A program made the translations under genes and the position numbers. Shown here in pieces: positions 10,149 through 19,362 of a DNA stretch of 64,000 nucleotides. The notes below the pieces were generated by a model that worked only from the letters and a program-made list of their open reading frames with translations, was not told the origin of the DNA and ran no database searches. Source of the stretch: Limnochordia bacterium (lineage in GTDB: Bacteria; Bacillota; Limnochordia; DTU080; RSA5); the NCBI GenBank assembly GCA_041686855.1, contig JAWLDA010000016.1:22527-86526 (forward strand), in the 5' to 3' direction. Position 1 is the stretch's first letter; the number at the start of each line of letters is the position of its first letter.

Positions 10149-10607
10149 CTATTCACCAGAGACGAGGCCGAGGCGCTCTTGAATATCTCGTGTCAAGTCG
10201 ACGCCGCCCATCACGACGGCCCCTTGGTCAAGGATGACCGTAACACCGTGGGCCTCAGCCGATTCACGGAACGCATTGTCGATGTCATCCATCAATTGCC
10301 GAATGCCGATGCTCTCCTCAAACGCCTGGAGTTCAGCTTCGTACTTCAAAAAGAGATTCCGTTTCTCTTCATCGCTCATCTCAACTGACTCTTGATCAAA
10401 CTTTTCCTGGAGAGCGTCGCGCTCACGAATGACCGCTGCAATCTGATCCCCGGCGTATGCGTCGATCACCAAGTCCTGGTCGACGAATCCGACGGTCGAC
10501 TCGCCAGTGGCCGACGTCGGCATCAATCCCCACGCGAGTACGCCCACTAGGGCCACTGCAACAACTCCAACAATAGGCTTAAACCATGTTTTCAATGAAA
10601 ATGCCAT
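10149..10607 (-). CDS. skp: OmpH/Skp-family periplasmic chaperone
   Basis: 152 aa with an N-terminal hydrophobic signal, then an E/Q/K-rich helical body. It sits between bamA and lpxD, which is the classical bamA-skp-lpxD order. Confidence 0.7.
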   Translation of the reverse strand: MAFSLKTWFKPIVGVVAVALVGVLAWGLMPTSATGESTVGFVDQDLVIDAYAGDQIAAVIRERDALQEKFDQESVEMSDEEKRNLFLKYEAELQAFEESIGIRQLMDDIDNAFRESAEAHGVTVILDQGAVVMGGVDLTRDIQERLGLVSGE

Positions 10608-10644
10608 CCTTTCGCCCCTCTAGTTCCGCCTCCGGACAAGACTC

Positions 10645-10673
10645 ATTATAACAACCTATTAACTCGTACGAAA
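10645..10673 (-). promoter_or_regulatory. possible internal extended -10 promoter for skp-lpxD
   Basis: On the minus strand: TGTTATAAT with a weak -35 (TTTCGT) at 17 nt. It lies about 35 nt upstream of the skp start. Confidence 0.3.
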
Positions 10674-10687
10674 GGAAGAGGGGCGCC

Positions 10688-10708
10688 GCGCCTTGGGCCG
10701 CAAGGCGC
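10688..10708 (-). other. GC hairpin downstream of bamA (possible partial terminator or processing site)
   Basis: GCGCCTTG ggccg CAAGGCGC forms a perfect 8-bp stem. On the minus strand it is followed by a C/T-rich tract but no clean U-run. Confidence 0.35.
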
Positions 10709-10764
10709 AACTCCCCCCTATTTCACTTGCGCGTCACACGTTGCTCGGCGACCGCCGACATCTC

Positions 10765-12495
10765 TTAGAACGACGGGCCCAAGCTGAAGTAGGCGTTGCC
10801 GCCATTCTCGCCGATGCCGTAGTCGATTCGAATGATCCCAAGAGGCGTGCCGAACCGAACACCGACACCTGCGCCGACCTTCAAGTCACTCAGGTCGATA
10901 CCACTCTGATTCCACGCATTACCGGCATCAGCAAAGACGACACCTTGGATGTTATCGTTAATCGGGAAGCGGTACTCACCCTGAACGACCGCCATGCGGT
11001 CTCCGCTCATCTCCCCGTAACTGTAACCTCTCACAGTGTCAGCACCGCCAACGCGAAACTGATCTTGCAGCGGCAGTGTGCCCATCCCGTAACCGGCCAT
11101 CATGCGAAACGCCCACGTCTGGTCGTTACGACCGGCCTTGACGAACTTGCTGAACGACGTCTGAAGTTTGGTGAACTCCGTGTCTCCCCCAAGGAAACGT
11201 CCCGCAGCCTCAACCGACATATTGTGACGGAAACCCAATGTAGGGAAGTACAAGTGGTCGGTCGTATCTGTACGCGTGTTTGCAATCACACTACGTGTCC
11301 GATTCTCGGACGGACTCACCACACTGCCCGTCGACTCCGGCGTCACCGAGGAATTCTCCGCCTTGAGAGTTAAGAAGCCCCGCGTGAACGGCCCCAAGGG
11401 GCGACCGAAGGTGATATCGCCACCAATTCGCTTCTCCGTAAAGGGATAAGCCGTGCCGCCCTCATACTGCTGACGGCGGTTACTCATGTTATATAGGTTG
11501 ATTCCGGCCGACGTTGTCGTGCCAAAGAGGTAGGGCTCCTCAAAACCTAGGTCGTAGGTGTTTTTGTTACGCCCAAACTCCCACTTCACTCGGGCCCGCT
11601 CACCGCGCCCGAGAAAATTGTCGTCGGCCACCTCAATGTAGCCGATGAGACCGTCCGCCGAACTGTAACCGCCACCAAAGGCCGCTCGACCGGTCTTCGC
11701 TTCGACAACCGGCAGGAGTACATCGACCATGAGTGGATCGGAGGTTGTCAAAAACTCCGGGACGATCGGCTCGAAGTATCCGAGCTGTCCCAGCTTGCGC
11801 AGACCCGTGCGCACCTCGTCCATCGAGAGAATCTCGCCTTCCTCGATGGGGAACTCCCTAAGAATAACAACGTCATTAGTCTTCTCGTTCCCCTCGATGC
11901 GCACACTGCGGACCCGCACAGGTGTCACTTCAAGGTGCAACTCGTCGCCGTTGGCGCCGCGAAAGTCGACCGCTGTGGTACGTAAGACGTACCCCAACAC
12001 CTCACCCGACTGCACAGGGAGCCGATCCAACGCTTCGCCGAATTGCTTTGCGTTGAGGATCTCGCCCTCTGTGACGCCAATGAGCTCCTTGACCTCCTCA
12101 GCAGGGACCACGTCGTCCTTCACCGTCACCTCGAACGCTTGTACAACCGGAAATTCCTGCACGACGAAGGTGACCATCACTCCGTCACTCGTCGTCGAAG
12201 GGATCGCCTCAACGTTTTCAAAGAATCCCAGGTCAGCGATCCGTTGTACATCTTCTTGCACCTTCGGGCGTTCAAGCTGCCGGCCGACCACCGTACTCTC
12301 GACCTGCTCGAGAATCTGGTCGGTGCTCACTTCGACGTTCCCTTGTACAACGACACTGCGCACGATCGGAGCGCTGCTCGATGACTCGTCTGATTGTGCC
12401 ATGGCACTAGGCAAAAGAATCACCAAGGCACAGAGCACTACGAGTGCTATCACCCGCAGTCGCGCAGCCCTCATGCGCTTTTGAACACTAGGCAC
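10765..12495 (-). CDS. bamA: outer-membrane protein assembly factor BamA (Omp85 family, short POTRA region)
   Basis: Signal peptide, POTRA-like repeats (IVRSVVVQGN..., VRSVRIEGNEKTNDVVILREF...), and an Omp85 barrel (FRVGGADTVRGY...) ending YFSLGPSF. Confidence 0.85.
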   Translation of the reverse strand: MPSVQKRMRAARLRVIALVVLCALVILLPSAMAQSDESSSSAPIVRSVVVQGNVEVSTDQILEQVESTVVGRQLERPKVQEDVQRIADLGFFENVEAIPSTTSDGVMVTFVVQEFPVVQAFEVTVKDDVVPAEEVKELIGVTEGEILNAKQFGEALDRLPVQSGEVLGYVLRTTAVDFRGANGDELHLEVTPVRVRSVRIEGNEKTNDVVILREFPIEEGEILSMDEVRTGLRKLGQLGYFEPIVPEFLTTSDPLMVDVLLPVVEAKTGRAAFGGGYSSADGLIGYIEVADDNFLGRGERARVKWEFGRNKNTYDLGFEEPYLFGTTTSAGINLYNMSNRRQQYEGGTAYPFTEKRIGGDITFGRPLGPFTRGFLTLKAENSSVTPESTGSVVSPSENRTRSVIANTRTDTTDHLYFPTLGFRHNMSVEAAGRFLGGDTEFTKLQTSFSKFVKAGRNDQTWAFRMMAGYGMGTLPLQDQFRVGGADTVRGYSYGEMSGDRMAVVQGEYRFPINDNIQGVVFADAGNAWNQSGIDLSDLKVGAGVGVRFGTPLGIIRIDYGIGENGGNAYFSLGPSF

Positions 12496-12611
12496 GAAAA
12501 CCCCTCCTGTCCAGCCCCAACGCCGTCCAACTTCGTGTCGGTTGCGGCGCTATCCTCCTGCTTCGCTCGGGACATTTCTAGGGAATACCACCGTCATTCA
12601 CCGGGAATGGG

Positions 12612-15600
12612 TTAGAATGGCAGGCGCAGCTCCAAACCGATGTCGGGGCGTTCTTCATCGCCCCAATCGGTCCGCAGACGGACACCGGGTGCGAGCAGAT
12701 ACTCGAGGCCGACTCCGTCATTCCCCGATTCGGAAAGAGAGCGGCGGTACGACAGGTATAGCTCGGGTGTCAAGTACTTCCCCATATCGAGTTGCATCCC
12801 GCCGTTTTGGCGATCGGGCTCGATGCGGAATCGGTCTAAATCGAAGGTCCGCTCGAGCGCCCGCCCGAGGTGCCAATAGGCCTCTGAGACGACCTCATCG
12901 TCAAGCCAGCCCAGCAGCCCTGCTCCCAGCTCTCGCCAGCCCGTCTCATTGGCGTTCTCATGCCATCGCGGCCCCAGAAGGCCAAGGGCTCCTCGAGAGT
13001 CCTCGATCCCGTCGACCAGGAGCCTGAGCTCCAGCGCGTCGGCCGGCCCCTCCACGCGCGCCTCGACGCTCCGACCGTCGACTCGGCCAGTGCCTACGAC
13101 GCTCAACTGAGGCACAAGGTGACCGGAGAAAGTCGCCGTCGCCTCGTCGATGTCAAATCGAGTTGGACCGTAGCGGAAGAGTCCTCGCCGCGCTTCGACC
13201 CGCCCAAAGACAGCCGGTTGAGAAAGACTGCCCTTCACTTCGAGCGCACCGCCCACTTCCGCATCCACGAGCGAGCGCGCCACGAGGTAGACGTTTCGTA
13301 TGTCGGCTTCGAGGTCGAGGGTGACCCGGGCCAACGCGCCCTCGCCGGGACCGTCGAGCCGACCACCTGCCAAACCTAACAGGTCGATCTCTCCGCTCGA
13401 GGTTTGTACACGACCCGAAAGCGTCGGCGCCCCAAGCGGCCCCGTCAAACCGATGTCGTAGTCCACGTTGAGCGCTACGCCACCGTCCTGGAACTGCAAG
13501 CCGCGTCCCGTCGACTGGACGTCGAGCTCCCACACGTCCTGCGCTCTCAGTGCCGCTCGCCCTGCCGCCGTCACGGAGCCGCCCAAGAACGGGAGGGTCA
13601 TTGACTCGAGAAAGGCCTCCCGTCCGGAGAAGGTGACGCGAAATCCGAGTGTGCCCAACTCCCCGCCTCTCCCGTCCGCTTTTACCACGCTGGCTTGCAA
13701 GGAGCTCTCACCGTAAAGGCAGTGTACGCACACGCTTTGCAGCTCGGGGTCGGCGGGACCCGAGACGTCCACAGATAGATTGGTAGAACGTAAGCTGTAG
13801 CCCCCAAGGATTAGCTCGGGGCTTGAGATCGCGGCGGTGACGTCCCAGCCGGAGCCCAACGTTTTCGCCTCCACGACGCCGGTGAGCGGACCGTACACGG
13901 TCGGGAGTCGAGCGATCTCCGCCAGGGCGCTCCCGGGAAAGTCTGAGAGTCGTACCTCCAGCCGTTGTTTCACGGGATCGGGACTCCAGACTCCGTCGAA
14001 GCTGGCAATGCCCTCAGCCGCTTCTGCTTTACCGTGAAACGTGACATCGGCAGGTGACTCCATGCGCACGTCACCCGATACATCGAGCGTGGACGACTCC
14101 GTGTCGAGGCTCGCCTGGATCGATCCCTCACCCGTCACGTTGCCATCTATCACCTGAGCACTCAATCGACCACTCGTAACGCCGCTGACGTGTTGTATAG
14201 CACTCCAATCGACAAGCCTATGGAGCCGCGAAAGCGCGACGTCCTCCCACTCGGCGTCTAATGTAACATTGCGAACCGACTCCCCGTGCGCGGATCCTCG
14301 GATCCCCATGAGTTCGAGACGATCGACGCGCCAACCGCCATCGGCCTGCCATAGACCGTCGATACGAAGGGGGGCCAATTGAGTCGAGCGGTAGGACAGC
14401 CGATCGGCGTGCACCATGACGGCCGCCTCTAGATGATCGATCGATTCGCCCTGGACACGCACACTCCCGCTGATCCGTCCGCCTACCGCGTGCACGAGGT
14501 CTGTCGTCACGCCTACCCCTCGGGCCGCCCGCGCCAAGTCCGGCGCCGCTACATTCTCCACAAGTATCTCTCCGGCAACCCCCTCGGTGCCCATTGTGAT
14601 CTCAGGCACCCATATGCGGCCCGAACCTATTGGAAACGTGCCGCGCACACGAGTGGCTCCGTCTTCGTGCTGAATGTAGAGGTTGCTGTCGGTGATCAAC
14701 GCGTCGGCTAAGTACATCTCAGGTGCGCGTAACTCGGCCGTGACGACGAGACCGCGTTCGTCCCCCGCAACCTCGACATTCCCCTCGAGCTCACCCTCAA
14801 TGTCAGTGAACGTATCGGGCTGATCGCTCACCCATCCCAAAGCTTCCACAATCGGAATGTGGCGGCCACGCACTTCGGACCGGGCGGCCCAGCGTTCCCC
14901 AGTGAATGTGATCTCTCCCGACGCGGCAAACCCGCTCTCACCCGGTCCCTCGGCCGCGAGCTCCGTCAGGCGCCATCGCCCTGGGTCGGTTGTAAACTCT
15001 CCTGTCATGCGTGAGAATGGGTGATGAGCCACGCGTCCTTCATGCGCCTCGAACTCCCCGTTGCACCGACGTGTCACGCCTTGGCATGAGAAGTCGACTT
15101 GGAGCCGCGCGAGTTCGGCGGAAGCTCCAATCATCGACCGCAGATGCACTCGGCCGCGCACAACCTCCCCTTTGGCCGTACCCATAATGGAGGCGGTGCC
15201 CTGTGCCCATTTGAGTTCAAGTCGATCAAGACGCATTTCGCCGGAGGAGGCAAACCCATCCAACTGGGCGGTCACGCTGCGATCTCGCGTCTCCATTGAC
15301 GCTGAGAGCGCGTACCCATTCCCCTCGGACCGAGTGTTAATAAGTGCGTCAAATGTCGGGGCGTCCTCCTCTGCGCTGAGTTGCGCCTCAACGACACGTA
15401 TCGAAAGTCCGGGGTGTGTCGGCGCCGCGGCGAGGTACTCGGAAAGCAGCGCCATATACTGCGGAAACTCCTGTAAAGCCCGGTGAACGGTGTAAAGTGA
15501 GAGTTTGGAGCTCGTCAAGTCTCTTGAGTCCCCTGCAACGCGCGGTTCGATCACGTCGATGCGATGGATACCCTTCAGCGGCCCCTCACGCCAAGCCACC

Positions 15601-15896
15601 CAAGGGGAAAGGTGGACGTGCGCAGCCTGTATGGCCACATCGCTTCCATGGAGACCGAAGAATGAGAGGCGGGTCAGCGAATCGACTCGCACTCTCTCTA
15701 CCGAGAGCGCGGGCTGTAACGCGTCGTTAACCACCTGAAGAAGTGCGCGTTCAACATACGAGCGACCTAGAGTCACACCCATGACGAGTACGCAGAGAAG
15801 CGCTATGAATACGATACCGCTGATCACACGCCTCTTTGACGTGTGCGTCGGTTCAGGTGAGTGTTTCGGTTCATGGGAGGGGTTCGTATGGGACAT
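12612..15896 (-). CDS. tamB: translocation/assembly module protein TamB (AsmA-like, DUF490 C-terminus)
   Basis: 1094 aa with an N-terminal TM anchor and a long beta-rich body. The DUF490-type end reads GKYLTPELYLSYRRSL..GLEYLLAPGVRLRTDWG..GLELRLPF. It lies directly upstream of bamA. Confidence 0.8.
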   Translation of the reverse strand: MSHTNPSHEPKHSPEPTHTSKRRVISGIVFIALLCVLVMGVTLGRSYVERALLQVVNDALQPALSVERVRVDSLTRLSFFGLHGSDVAIQAAHVHLSPWVAWREGPLKGIHRIDVIEPRVAGDSRDLTSSKLSLYTVHRALQEFPQYMALLSEYLAAAPTHPGLSIRVVEAQLSAEEDAPTFDALINTRSEGNGYALSASMETRDRSVTAQLDGFASSGEMRLDRLELKWAQGTASIMGTAKGEVVRGRVHLRSMIGASAELARLQVDFSCQGVTRRCNGEFEAHEGRVAHHPFSRMTGEFTTDPGRWRLTELAAEGPGESGFAASGEITFTGERWAARSEVRGRHIPIVEALGWVSDQPDTFTDIEGELEGNVEVAGDERGLVVTAELRAPEMYLADALITDSNLYIQHEDGATRVRGTFPIGSGRIWVPEITMGTEGVAGEILVENVAAPDLARAARGVGVTTDLVHAVGGRISGSVRVQGESIDHLEAAVMVHADRLSYRSTQLAPLRIDGLWQADGGWRVDRLELMGIRGSAHGESVRNVTLDAEWEDVALSRLHRLVDWSAIQHVSGVTSGRLSAQVIDGNVTGEGSIQASLDTESSTLDVSGDVRMESPADVTFHGKAEAAEGIASFDGVWSPDPVKQRLEVRLSDFPGSALAEIARLPTVYGPLTGVVEAKTLGSGWDVTAAISSPELILGGYSLRSTNLSVDVSGPADPELQSVCVHCLYGESSLQASVVKADGRGGELGTLGFRVTFSGREAFLESMTLPFLGGSVTAAGRAALRAQDVWELDVQSTGRGLQFQDGGVALNVDYDIGLTGPLGAPTLSGRVQTSSGEIDLLGLAGGRLDGPGEGALARVTLDLEADIRNVYLVARSLVDAEVGGALEVKGSLSQPAVFGRVEARRGLFRYGPTRFDIDEATATFSGHLVPQLSVVGTGRVDGRSVEARVEGPADALELRLLVDGIEDSRGALGLLGPRWHENANETGWRELGAGLLGWLDDEVVSEAYWHLGRALERTFDLDRFRIEPDRQNGGMQLDMGKYLTPELYLSYRRSLSESGNDGVGLEYLLAPGVRLRTDWGDEERPDIGLELRLPF

Positions 15897-15965
15897 CCAC
15901 CACGGGTTCGCAGTTTAAGCAGACAGTTCCTGCCTGAGAGCACCGCTAACAACCGCCAATCCTTG

Positions 15966-17918
15966 TCAAAGGGGCTCGGTCAACGTCAGCGTGAAGCTTT
16001 TCTCTCCCCGCAGGAGGTACGTGGTAGAGTGAGTTTTCCGGATCGGTTCAACGGAATCCATCGATTCATCCAAAGCGAACTCCGCCTCTGGTTCGCTCTC
16101 TTCAAAACCACTCGACGCCTCGTCGTCTTTCAGAGGTGGGTAGAATTCAATAATGAGATCGTTATTGCGCGGTTGCTGCTCAAACTCTTCGATGAGATGC
16201 TCAAGACTCTCGACCCCCGCCGGTGTTTCGGGTTCGTACTCTTCGGTCGACTCTCCCCCAGCCAAGGGATCGAGCGGATCCGGGGGCAACGGGTGAAACG
16301 CGTACTCCCCACCACGAACCGTCACCCTCACGTTCCCTGTCCCAATCTCCTGCGGAATGTGGAGTCGGACCACTTCACGAATCGGGTCTGATCGGTACGG
16401 TCGCAACGTCACTTCAACGTCTATCGTTTCGCCAAGGGCCACCTCCGACCGACTCGGCTCGGCGCGCTCAATCTGCGCAGTCTTCCGAGCCTCCTGGATA
16501 TGGACGACCAACTCGACACTCTGCAAGTCGGGGTTGATAAAGGCGTTGCTCTGCAGCATCCGCAGCGCCGAAGCGAAGTCGGAGAGGCTGAGCGCTGCCA
16601 CGTCGGAGCTGCTGTAGTACATGTTCGTGCGGTGTACATCACGCGCTGAATCACCACTTCGAAGGGAGAGCTCAACCGAGCTGGTGCCGGCGCCGATACG
16701 ATCGATACCGCGATCGAGCCCTTCGAGAGCAGCGACCGTCAGCAAAGAGACGAGCAGCGACTCATCCGCGACGACTTCGGCGGAGAATGCTTGCTGGAGA
16801 CGTCGATCGCCATCGGTCGTTCGGACGCTCAACGTAACGGTCTGCGCGGCCACCCCCTGTTCCCCTGAGATGCCGGCGCCGCGATCGCGGGCCACCCGGC
16901 CGATCACTTCCGTCGGAACGGCAAGCTTAAAGGGGAACGAAAGGCTAGGGATGCTTCGGAGCACTTCAGCCCTGGTTGCTAGGAATTCCACCGCGCCCTT
17001 GCGCAGGAAGGGGTGGCCAAACGCCACAAAGTTGCCTTCAGAGTCGACGGCCGTCACCGTACCAACTGCCGTGACGTCAATGTCTCCCCGTACGAGTTGC
17101 ACCCCGACGGCGTCGCCGGGCTGTAAGGGCCGTGGCGCATTGGCCGGCCGTTTGCTGGAGTGCCCACCCGGTACTGCCGTCACGTCGTAGGTTTCCATGG
17201 CCCGTTTCAAGTGTTGTAGCGCCCGCTCACCCAGGCCGGCTACCGTGACGGGCGTTTTGAGTGGTCTCACTTGTGCGCTGATTGGTTGCGGCAAAGTGTG
17301 CCCCTGCGGCCCATCAAACGGCGCACGATCAGGGTTCCCTGGAGGTTCGTCCGCGCTCACTTCGGCCAGCAACGCCAACATGCTTTCGGCGGGCGTCACG
17401 AGACCAATTCGATGATCCGTCATCTCAAAACCGTATCCTATCGCGCCGACCAATTTCCCATCGACGTAGACTGGGCTTCCACTCATTCCGGCGGCGATCC
17501 CTCCGGAACGTTCGATCACGTCACCGCCAACTCGCACCAAGACGAGCGGGCCGACGGGTCCGGCTCCCTCCATGAGGCCGAAGATTTCAACGTCGAAAGC
17601 CTCGATCTCACGCCCCGAAACCACAGTGAGTCCGACACCTCGAAGTCCGGGGCGGAGCTGCTCGAGCGGGTATGGCACCAGCCTCTCCACACACGAAGCT
17701 GTCATCGGAGTCGCCTGTTGAGGCCGCAAATGAGCCGGCAGGCATGTAAGGTACGGGGTTCCCGCCCCCTCTTCGCCAGCGTGCGCTTGTGCAAAGACGG
17801 GTGAGATGATCCATGGTGCGCTCAGGATGATGAGCAATGCCAAAGAGACTTGCAGCCAGAGCGACGACACGCGTCCTAGACGCAGCAAAAGCAACACCTC
17901 ATGTACCCTCGTTGACAA
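15966..17918 (-). CDS. peptidase S55 (SpoIVB-like) domain protein with long acidic C-terminal extension
   Basis: SpoIVB-type Ser motif GMSGSPVYVDGKLVGAIGYGF near residue 155. SpoIVB-like GNFVAFGHPF near residue 300. Signal anchor at the N-terminus. No PDZ domain recognised. Confidence 0.65.
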   Translation of the reverse strand: MSTRVHEVLLLLRLGRVSSLWLQVSLALLIILSAPWIISPVFAQAHAGEEGAGTPYLTCLPAHLRPQQATPMTASCVERLVPYPLEQLRPGLRGVGLTVVSGREIEAFDVEIFGLMEGAGPVGPLVLVRVGGDVIERSGGIAAGMSGSPVYVDGKLVGAIGYGFEMTDHRIGLVTPAESMLALLAEVSADEPPGNPDRAPFDGPQGHTLPQPISAQVRPLKTPVTVAGLGERALQHLKRAMETYDVTAVPGGHSSKRPANAPRPLQPGDAVGVQLVRGDIDVTAVGTVTAVDSEGNFVAFGHPFLRKGAVEFLATRAEVLRSIPSLSFPFKLAVPTEVIGRVARDRGAGISGEQGVAAQTVTLSVRTTDGDRRLQQAFSAEVVADESLLVSLLTVAALEGLDRGIDRIGAGTSSVELSLRSGDSARDVHRTNMYYSSSDVAALSLSDFASALRMLQSNAFINPDLQSVELVVHIQEARKTAQIERAEPSRSEVALGETIDVEVTLRPYRSDPIREVVRLHIPQEIGTGNVRVTVRGGEYAFHPLPPDPLDPLAGGESTEEYEPETPAGVESLEHLIEEFEQQPRNNDLIIEFYPPLKDDEASSGFEESEPEAEFALDESMDSVEPIRKTHSTTYLLRGEKSFTLTLTEPL

Positions 17919-19338
17919 AGAGCAGCAGACCGTTTCCCACCGGACGTTCCTGCCCGTCAGAAGGTCGGTTGAGTATTCGATTCTTCAAGACAAGTGTACT
18001 CGAACCGCCACCGTCGAGATTCATCGCGGTTTCGGCGCCAAGCTCGATTAAGAGTTGCGCAAGCTCCTCGAGTGTAGCGCCGACACTCACCGCTGGGTTG
18101 CGACCATCGACCACCAGGAGCAGCAACTCGTCGTCTACCGTCACGCCGACTGCAGTCCGCGGCGCCCGCCCGTTGAGCACGTCCGGTTGAAAACGTTCTC
18201 GCTCCCCCGTAATCCTGATTTCACCCTCAGAGACCAACATCGGCCCGCCGCCCAAAGCGTCGTATACGCCACCGGCGTGCCCGGGAAAGAGTTGATGCTG
18301 AAACCGCAAAGGGTCCCCAGGGCTGAGCGCGATGAGTTCGGAATGATTCGAGTCAAACTCCACCGCCAGGCCCCAATTGGGCGCATCGATCGATAAATCC
18401 GACGGACTTGGGTACGCCCGTCCGTCTTCGATCAGAATCCGCCCGCCCGCCGTCGCGGGCAGTGGACCGTACTCGGGTGTGTAGACGACCACCTCTCCAG
18501 CCGCCCGCGCCCGATTGATTCCGTCGACCCAAATGACGCGCCCTTCGGTCTCAAGCCACATCTCTACCCGTTGGTTCCCGATCTGGGCACTGCCGTCCAA
18601 TCCCAGCGTAAGGGCGGCACGTCCATAAAGATCGGCGCTTGTGAGACGGCCTCGCTGAACGACGAGACCTAAAGGTCGTCCAGACCAGTGGAAGTAACCG
18701 CCGTTCACCGCGGCCAGAGCGCCGTGTGCGCTGGCCAGGCTCCGGACGGGGTCGAGCCCGAAGCCCTTCTGTCGTGTGCCGATTCCCATGGAGAGATCGG
18801 GATGGCGCAGATCCACCTTGAGGTACGTGGCGCTTACCGGTCCGTGGGCCTCCAGCGCTTGAATCGAACCGAGCCACACCCCGGGTCGCACTTGAAGCTC
18901 CTCCGACTCCTTATACCGAACGGGGATACGCAAGGTGAGTGTTGTACCGCGACGCTCCACAAGGGGTAGTGGCAGCGGGTACACCAGGTCGACCACGACT
19001 CGCGCACCCAGAGGTCCCCGGACTAGGCGCACATCGCCGACAGCCGGGTCATCCACCGACCAAACGGTGGTTGACGTAGCTTGGTCCAAGTCTGCTTCAA
19101 CGTCAACCACCAATCTCGCGGGAGTGTGCGAACGCCAAACGCGAAAAGGAACAGAATCGGTGAGTTCCAGATCTAGCCTAAGATGCTCCTCAACGAGAGA
19201 AGCGCTTAACGACTTGAGCATTGGCGCTTGCGCAAAGACACTGGAAACGTGGGAGAGCAAAGCGAATAAAAGCCCCAGAAGTGGGGCCCCGATCAAAATA
19301 CCCGGTCGCCACCAGGGGCGTAGCCGGAAGGTTCGCAT
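17899..19338 (-). CDS. AMIN-domain / phosphodiester glycosidase (DUF2233) family protein
   Basis: N-terminal signal, then an AMIN-like segment (LRLDLELTDSVPFRVWRSHTPARLVVDVEA). The C-terminal domain carries the ..AMNLDGGGSSTLV signature. Confidence 0.65.
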   Translation of the reverse strand: MRTFRLRPWWRPGILIGAPLLGLLFALLSHVSSVFAQAPMLKSLSASLVEEHLRLDLELTDSVPFRVWRSHTPARLVVDVEADLDQATSTTVWSVDDPAVGDVRLVRGPLGARVVVDLVYPLPLPLVERRGTTLTLRIPVRYKESEELQVRPGVWLGSIQALEAHGPVSATYLKVDLRHPDLSMGIGTRQKGFGLDPVRSLASAHGALAAVNGGYFHWSGRPLGLVVQRGRLTSADLYGRAALTLGLDGSAQIGNQRVEMWLETEGRVIWVDGINRARAAGEVVVYTPEYGPLPATAGGRILIEDGRAYPSPSDLSIDAPNWGLAVEFDSNHSELIALSPGDPLRFQHQLFPGHAGGVYDALGGGPMLVSEGEIRITGERERFQPDVLNGRAPRTAVGVTVDDELLLLVVDGRNPAVSVGATLEELAQLLIELGAETAMNLDGGGSSTLVLKNRILNRPSDGQERPVGNGLLLFVNEGT

Positions 19339-19362
19339 TCTGTCACCTCAAGGGAAGAACCG

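Noticed and set aside
10693-12484. Plus-strand ORFs 10693..11373 and 11729..12484 opposite bamA
   Set aside because: They are shadow frames of a confidently identified Omp85 gene.
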